Positions 40,272-45,935 of a DNA stretch of 45,935 nucleotides are shown piece after piece. The stretch spans positions 1 to 45,935 of the forward strand of contig JBMFKQ010000010.1 of NCBI GenBank assembly GCA_049972095.1, given 5' to 3'. Positions within the stretch are counted from its first letter, which is position 1. The number at the start of each line of letters is the position of its first letter. Position numbers and translations under genes: made by a program. Origin of the DNA: Elusimicrobiales bacterium (lineage in GTDB: Bacteria; Elusimicrobiota; Elusimicrobia; Elusimicrobiales; UBA9959). The notes beneath the pieces were generated by a model. The model searched no databases, was not told where the DNA came from, and saw only the letters and a list, made by a program, of their open reading frames with translations.

Positions 40272-41227
40272 ACCAATAACCCAAATATACTATTGTAATC
40301 AAACTCACCAATACAATAGAAAATACTATCACAGCGATATGGTTTATAACCCTTTGAGAAATCAAAATCAGAAGGAAGGATCACAAAGGTTTTTTTATTT
40401 AAAAGGGATGCAATGTGCACAGTTGCAGAATCTACGGTTAGGACCATTAAAGATTTCTCAATCATAAAAATCCAATCATCAAATTCTTTAATTAATAGGA
40501 TTTTGTCTTTAGCAATAGGTTTTAGATTATTGAACAGCCTGTTAAAATAATCCATATCAGCAGGGAAGATTGCAAATAAACTGTTTTTATCTACTTCAGT
40601 AACTCTATTTAATAGATCTGACCATAAACCTTCACAAAACATCTTTTTAGTAGAATTTGAGAAAGGATTAACAAAGATTATCCTCCTCCCAGAAACTTCT
40701 TTATACTTCTCCATAACTTTTGTTTTATCATACCAGAGAATTTCTGAAAATGAAGTTTCAGTTTCATCATATATACCAAGAGTTTTGAATATCTCGCCAT
40801 ATTTAAGATATACGCTTTCATCATTTTTTAAAAGAAAATCTTTATTATATATTCTAAATCTCTCTTCTCTTCTTACTCCGTATGTTTTTATCCTACCCCA
40901 TAATGAAATAAATCTAATAAAAAAATACATCTTCACATCTCCTAAAAGATTATAGGTTGGAAAGGTGTTTATAATAAGATCATAGTCTTCTTCTCTGATT
41001 CTTAAGATCTTCTCAAAGAGATCTAAACTGAATACTACATTTTCACCTCTTGTTCTCATACAAAAAACCTGTCTCACATAAGGACATCTTTTAGCATAAT
41101 CATAAACCCTATCAGAGACCATCAAATCAACTACATAATCTGGCTTTTGTTTTTTTGTAAAATAAAGCCATCTGATAATCTCAAAAAAATCACCTATTCC
41201 AGCGGCATTTATAATTAGAAATTTCAT
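40268..41227 (-). CDS. Glycosyltransferase family 9 (heptosyltransferase-like)
   Basis: GIGD, CPYV, NPFS....K, TVDS..VHIA..L. Confidence 0.85.
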   Translation of the reverse strand: MKFLIINAAGIGDFFEIIRWLYFTKKQKPDYVVDLMVSDRVYDYAKRCPYVRQVFCMRTRGENVVFSLDLFEKILRIREEDYDLIINTFPTYNLLGDVKMYFFIRFISLWGRIKTYGVRREERFRIYNKDFLLKNDESVYLKYGEIFKTLGIYDETETSFSEILWYDKTKVMEKYKEVSGRRIIFVNPFSNSTKKMFCEGLWSDLLNRVTEVDKNSLFAIFPADMDYFNRLFNNLKPIAKDKILLIKEFDDWIFMIEKSLMVLTVDSATVHIASLLNKKTFVILPSDFDFSKGYKPYRCDSIFYCIGEFDYNSIFGLLV

Positions 41228-42282
41228 AAACTATCTAAAACTGATTTTATGTTATTTAAAAAAATATCAATGCTAAATCTTCTTAGATCAGTTTTACCTT
41301 CTGGAAATATCTTATTCTCAAGAACACCAACAATCTTATCTTTAATATCATATGGGTTATAAGGATTACAATAAACAACACCATCACCAAGTATCTCCGG
41401 CATGCTTGATAGGTTAGATGACACTACCTTTGCACCACATGAAATAGCCTCAAGGGGAGGATAGCCAAAACCCTCATAAACCGAAGGAAAAACAAAAAGA
41501 GAACAACCAGAATAAAGCGCTGGCAAATCCTCATCATCAACCCTTTCTATTACAAAAGCAGATTGATACTCCTTCTTTTTATCCTTAAAACCAGCAAGGA
41601 TAAGTTTATATCTCCACTTCATTTTTTCATCCAATAAGGTATATGCTTTATAAAGGACTTTGACATTCTTATGAAAAGAGTTGTTGCCAACATAAAGTAT
41701 ATATTCTCTATCAACTGAGTATTTTTTCTTTACCCTTTCTATATCACTCCTACTCTGTGGTTTAAATTTTTCATCGATCGGTAGATAAACAACCTTAATC
41801 TTTGAATCATTAATATTAAAAAAATTCTGTATATCCTTTTTCGTATGCTCAGATGATGTTATTATACAGTTAACCTTTGATGTAAAAAATTTTATAAAGC
41901 TTCTAATATATAACTGATTTTTAAGCTGGCTTTTATAAGGCTCAACAGATAGGTATATAAGATCAAAGATACAAGCAACAGTTTTAACTCCTGCAAAAAC
42001 AGGATATTTGTAATAAGGCGAAAAATATATATCAGGATTTATTTTCTTTATAGCCTTATGAAGCTTAAACTGTTCATAAAAGGGTGGCAGGAAATCATTT
42101 ATAATTATCTTTTCGCAGTTTTCTAATCCCCCCCTCTCAAAATCAGTTTTTTTATTTCCCAAAAGAACAAAATCGTAATCTTTAAAATAATCCTTATTTT
42201 TAAGAATGCTTAAAACAAACCTTCCAATGCCGCTATGCTTTTTCTTCTCAATCTCCCTTACATCAAAAAGTATCCTTCTCAT
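41224..42282 (-). CDS. Glycosyltransferase family 4 (MtfB/WbaZ-like)
   Basis: SGIGR, YVG....HKN, FVFPSVYEGFGYPPLEA, S..SMPE. Confidence 0.92.
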   Translation of the reverse strand: MRRILFDVREIEKKKHSGIGRFVLSILKNKDYFKDYDFVLLGNKKTDFERGGLENCEKIIINDFLPPFYEQFKLHKAIKKINPDIYFSPYYKYPVFAGVKTVACIFDLIYLSVEPYKSQLKNQLYIRSFIKFFTSKVNCIITSSEHTKKDIQNFFNINDSKIKVVYLPIDEKFKPQSRSDIERVKKKYSVDREYILYVGNNSFHKNVKVLYKAYTLLDEKMKWRYKLILAGFKDKKKEYQSAFVIERVDDEDLPALYSGCSLFVFPSVYEGFGYPPLEAISCGAKVVSSNLSSMPEILGDGVVYCNPYNPYDIKDKIVGVLENKIFPEGKTDLRRFSIDIFLNNIKSVLDSL

Positions 42283-43709
42283 ATAAGAAAAACAGAATCA
42301 TCCCCTTCATATCTAAACATAATTATATAATTATCAGCAACCTTATACTCTTTAAATCCAACCTTCATTTTCTTAAGCCTCATAACGAGTATATCATAAA
42401 CATAGGAAAGATTGAAAGGTATTATAAAGCATTTGTCTTTAGAGTTTTTTAGATTTTGATAATAATGAGGAGTTCTATCATAAAAACCCATACGATCATT
42501 CATCCTTGGAGAAACTATTATATTTTCATTAGAAAGAAATGTTATAGGATATGCAGTCCAGTAGTCACTGTAACAATGTTTAATCTGTTTTTCATTAAGG
42601 AAATCAACAAGTGAGTTAAAATCTGGATAAGTTATATCTTTAATGAATGTAGAAAAGTTATAAGTTGATATAATAACAAATACAGATGACAACAATAACC
42701 TTGCTTTTATATCTTTCAAACACTCAAAGGATAGCGTTACTAACCCAATAGATCCATAAAAAAATGGCATAAGGTATCTTGTTTTTCTAACCCCGGGGGA
42801 AAAATAAAAAATAAGTGATACGATAAAAAGTGTTAAAAAAAGTTTTCTGCTGAATGAATACCTACGAAAATAAAGCAAGATGATAAGGGAAAAAAAGACC
42901 GTTAAAATAAATGACAAACCAAAAGTATTAAAGATATTCTTAAATAGCATTACAAAATTAACACTTCCTTTTATACCACCTATAACTATCCCACCCAACC
43001 TTCCAACTGTTGCAAAATCATTTAGAAGATTGTATAAAATGAGCGGTAAAAGTCCAAGAACAAAACCAATCTCAAACCATATTCTATTTTTAAATTCTTT
43101 TAAAAATTTTACAGACAAAACAAGAGATGTTAAAAAAAATGGTATAAAAAGCGGTTGATGATAAAGACCAAAGCCATTTAAAAAACCTGATAGAAAAATT
43201 AATCTCTTTGAATTGTTTCCATTATAAATTTTCTTAACTATATAGAATAATGCAAAACCAATTGTAAAACATTCAAGATAAGAAGGGTATAAAAAATCAT
43301 ATTTGAAAGGCATAATCATAAAAAGTGGAATAAGAGATCTTATAGGATAGTTAAAAAGAAGTGAAAAAAACATAACACCTATAACTTCCCACAGCATCAT
43401 AGTAATTTTTAGAAGTATAGGTTTAAAACCAAATACCTTTATAAAGATAGCAAAGATATAAGATGATATGGTTCCAGAATAATATGCATACCACATAAAA
43501 ACTGGAAAATCCTTTCCCTCGGATATATACTTGCCCATAAGCCCAAATACCGCTTCATCTGCATCAAAAGGGGCAGGAAATTTAATAACAAAAATCAATC
43601 TTGATAATATGAAAACAAAAATGGAAAACAAAAACACCCTATTATTTATCCAATTGAGTATATTCTTTTCTTCATCTTTGGTAGCGATAACTACTGATAT
43701 TTTTGCCAT
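42279..43709 (-). CDS. ArnT/PMT-like (GT-C) polytopic membrane glycosyltransferase with a GT2-derived N-terminus
   Basis: First loop FDADEAVFGLM, many TMs, RYL.P, DYW.AY...FLS.E. Confidence 0.7.
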   Translation of the reverse strand: MAKISVVIATKDEEKNILNWINNRVFLFSIFVFILSRLIFVIKFPAPFDADEAVFGLMGKYISEGKDFPVFMWYAYYSGTISSYIFAIFIKVFGFKPILLKITMMLWEVIGVMFFSLLFNYPIRSLIPLFMIMPFKYDFLYPSYLECFTIGFALFYIVKKIYNGNNSKRLIFLSGFLNGFGLYHQPLFIPFFLTSLVLSVKFLKEFKNRIWFEIGFVLGLLPLILYNLLNDFATVGRLGGIVIGGIKGSVNFVMLFKNIFNTFGLSFILTVFFSLIILLYFRRYSFSRKLFLTLFIVSLIFYFSPGVRKTRYLMPFFYGSIGLVTLSFECLKDIKARLLLSSVFVIISTYNFSTFIKDITYPDFNSLVDFLNEKQIKHCYSDYWTAYPITFLSNENIIVSPRMNDRMGFYDRTPHYYQNLKNSKDKCFIIPFNLSYVYDILVMRLKKMKVGFKEYKVADNYIIMFRYEGDDSVFLI

Positions 43710-43831
43710 TTTATAAGCTCTTCATATAAATCTTCTACTGCCTTAATTTGCACTGTTAAATTGAATCTTTTATCTATTTTTTCTCTTGCGTTTTTAGATA
43801 TCTCATCTTTCAACATTTTTAGTTTTCTCAT
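43691..43831 (-). pseudogene. C-terminal remnant of a GT4 glycosyltransferase (46 aa)
   Basis: Manual translation MRKLKMLKDEISKNAREKIDKRFNLTVQIKAVEDLYEELIKWQKYQ resembles the C-terminus of 44623..45678. Confidence 0.65.
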
Positions 43832-43855
43832 GTTCCCGTCTACCAATTCTGATTT

Positions 43856-44626
43856 TCATTGTTTTTGTAATTCCCATAATTTTACATAAGTTATAAAAAT
43901 CGTAAGGGCAGAAGAAAAGCTTATGAAGAAACCCCGAAAGCCATCCCGATATCCTTTCCAAAAAAAATATTTACGAAGAAACCAAAAAATAGGCTTTATC
44001 AGAAAGTAAATGAAGAAATTATATTTATTCAATCTTACTCCATGAATGTATTCTTGCTTGGCTAAACAGGAGGTATAGAAATTGAATTTTTCAAAGTATT
44101 GATTAAGACTGGTGTAGCTATAATGTAAAATGGGATTTTTTAGATACCCCACACGTTCTCTATCCGCTATTTGCGGTGTGCCATGAAAATCTTCTGCCAA
44201 TAGTGGCCACCTCGTAACACCCTTTCGAAATAATCTTATAATGTAATCGGGATACCAACCACATCCTTTTATCCACCTTCCTAAAAAGAAATTCTTGCGA
44301 TTAAGATAGTATCCAAGCATCTTCTCATTCTTAATAGCCTCTTTGATCTCGTAAGCTAACTCTGGTGTAATAACTTCATCAGCATCTAAACTCAAAATCC
44401 AATCTCCATTTGCTTTTTCAATAGCAAGATTTTTATTTTTATGAAAATCTCCTTCACTATCTTGAATGAAGACTTTGGAAGTATAATGCTTGGCAATGTC
44501 AACAGTCCTGTCAGAGCTTACATCATCTACTATAATAATCTCATCCGCCCATTTCACACTCTCTAAACATTTCTTTATGTTTTTTTCTTCATTTTTTGTA
44601 GCAATGACTACTGATATCTTTTTCAT
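43856..44626 (-). CDS. Glycosyltransferase family 2 (WaaE/KdtX-like LPS core glycosyltransferase)
   Basis: ISVVIATKNEEKNI..CL.SV.WADEII.VD..S.D.T, WILSLDADE, WYPD...RLF, GY.DG..GF. Confidence 0.92.
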   Translation of the reverse strand: MKKISVVIATKNEEKNIKKCLESVKWADEIIIVDDVSSDRTVDIAKHYTSKVFIQDSEGDFHKNKNLAIEKANGDWILSLDADEVITPELAYEIKEAIKNEKMLGYYLNRKNFFLGRWIKGCGWYPDYIIRLFRKGVTRWPLLAEDFHGTPQIADRERVGYLKNPILHYSYTSLNQYFEKFNFYTSCLAKQEYIHGVRLNKYNFFIYFLIKPIFWFLRKYFFWKGYRDGFRGFFISFSSALTIFITYVKLWELQKQ

Positions 44627-45678
44627 TTCATCATCTGTTCATATAAAATTTCTATTGTTTTAACTTGTTGGATTATATTAAATTTTTCTATTACTTTTTC
44701 CCTTGCATTTTTACCAATTCTCTTCCTTAATTTGTCATCTTCTATAACCTCAATAAGAATTTTTGCAATTTCTCTTGCATCTGAATTAACCAAAAACCCG
44801 TCGATACGATTTTCAATAATTTCTTTTGGTCCACCTAAATTTGTTGTAATTACAACTTTTCCACATGCCATTGCTTCTATTATTGTTCTGCCGAATGGTT
44901 CAGGTTCAATTGATGGATTTACAATCACATCACACAAATTTATAATTTGAGGAATATCATCTCTAAAACCGGTAAAGATAACATTCTCCTCCAAACCCAG
45001 TTTTATTGACAGTTTTACTAATTCTTCCTTATATTTTTCTTCTCCTGTTCCTACAACCAAAAAGACAATTGTATTACCAAACTTATCTTTAACTATTCTT
45101 GCTGCTTCTAAAAACATTCTATGCCCTTTCCAAGGCTCAAGACGAGAGATTATGCCTACAATTTTAGAGTTTTCATTTATATTAAACTCTTTATACAAAT
45201 ATTCAATATCAAGCCCAGGTCTAAATTTTTCTGTATCCACAGCGTTATAAATTTTAATAACCTTCTCCTTAAAATTCAGAAATTTTTCACCAACAGTATC
45301 TGAAATAACAACAATTTTTGTTGAAAGTTTTGCAATAAATCTTTCTTTGCAACCAGCAGTATCTAAAGTTCTATTATGCCAGATGAATGGTATTTGTAAA
45401 ATTTTTGAAATCAACGCAGAAAAAAAGGTGTATTTTGTAGTTGCAGAATTACAATGTATTATATCTGGTTTAAATTTTTTTATTTTATAAAACAAATTAC
45501 TTAAAGGAACAACCTCAACATCAATGTTTTCATTTTTAAGCCAATCTAAAAATTCACATTTATACGGCAAAAATACTTTTATTTCAAATTTATCTTTTAA
45601 ATTTTTCAAAATATAAAACAAACTAACCTGACCGCCGCCTGGCGGGTCAATCGGTGTGTCAATATACAAAATTTTCAT
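44623..45678 (-). CDS. Glycosyltransferase family 4
   Basis: GGGQ, RLEPWKG, PS..PEPFGRTIIEAMACG, GG..EI. Confidence 0.92.
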   Translation of the reverse strand: MKILYIDTPIDPPGGGQVSLFYILKNLKDKFEIKVFLPYKCEFLDWLKNENIDVEVVPLSNLFYKIKKFKPDIIHCNSATTKYTFFSALISKILQIPFIWHNRTLDTAGCKERFIAKLSTKIVVISDTVGEKFLNFKEKVIKIYNAVDTEKFRPGLDIEYLYKEFNINENSKIVGIISRLEPWKGHRMFLEAARIVKDKFGNTIVFLVVGTGEEKYKEELVKLSIKLGLEENVIFTGFRDDIPQIINLCDVIVNPSIEPEPFGRTIIEAMACGKVVITTNLGGPKEIIENRIDGFLVNSDAREIAKILIEVIEDDKLRKRIGKNAREKVIEKFNIIQQVKTIEILYEQMMK

Positions 45679-45935
45679 AAAATATTACTTCCGCATACTC
45701 TAATAATCCTTCCAAAATCGAACATAATATCAGCAGTTAGTTTAATAAACGGAAAAATAAAAAAGGTAAAAAAACTTTTTGCTATTGAAAAATTATATAA
45801 TTTAAAGTATTTAAACATAAATTGTGTTTTTAACATTTGTAAAAAATACCATATAAAAACTGCTATTGGTAAAATTAACCAACTAAAAATAAAACTTATC
45901 ACCATGATGAATAAAACTTTTAATATAATTGATGT
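45675..45935 (-). CDS. C-terminal hydrophobic end of a CDS entering from outside the window (possibly GT2)
   Basis: The frame is open to the window edge. Hydrophobic helices, ATGA overlap with the next gene. Confidence 0.55.
   Translation of the reverse strand, partial: TSIILKVLFIMVISFIFSWLILPIAVFIWYFLQMLKTQFMFKYFKLYNFSIAKSFFTFFIFPFIKLTADIMFDFGRIIRVCGSNIL

Noticed and set aside
1357..45303. Numerous 60-117 aa ORFs antisense to or overlapping long genes in the ORF track
   Set aside because: They are shadow ORFs of well-supported genes with no motifs or initiation signals.
45629..45649. GC-rich imperfect inverted repeat (GACC-GCC...GGCGGGTC)
   Set aside because: It lies within the GT4 coding sequence and is explained by the DPPGGGQ motif.
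1..45935. CRISPR arrays, tRNA/rRNA genes, IS elements, prophage or defence systems
   Set aside because: No spaced direct repeats, cloverleaf-like segments, transposase/integrase motifs or phage genes were seen, and all intergenic gaps are under about 150 nt.

Overview
AT-rich bacterial chromosomal segment, mostly minus-strand and densely coding. Elusimicrobiota is a tentative guess from general protein style, not from a marker gene. Contents in order: TPR protein-serS; pgm-metK-ahcY; an ACT protein; a triple-REC diguanylate cyclase; a secreted RNase Sa/N1-family nuclease; response regulator-membrane protein-ugd-uxs; a complete but strongly diverged plus-strand shikimate operon (CM-aroF-aroE-aroC-aroK-aroB-aroQ-aroA); an S41 pseudo-protease; a PflX-type radical SAM gene; an OPT transporter; the rpmE-prfA-prmC-murA-folC-ROK kinase-lptD run; and an LPS/glycan glycosyltransferase cluster with deletion scars. 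No rRNA, tRNA, CRISPR array or IS element was seen. The most striking observation is that the ROK (glucokinase-like) gene is split by a +1 frameshift at AGG GGG TGT CTT TGA A (28839-28854, minus strand). This closely copies the RF2/prfB programmed +1 frameshift cassette (AGG GGG TAT CTT TGA C). It lies in the same gene run as prfA/prmC, and its +1-frame stop overlaps the lptD start. A one-base sequencing error or mutation is the null hypothesis. A second pattern is that five operon-leading genes share TAWAAT-N6-ATG with no Shine-Dalgarno, suggesting leaderless mRNAs.
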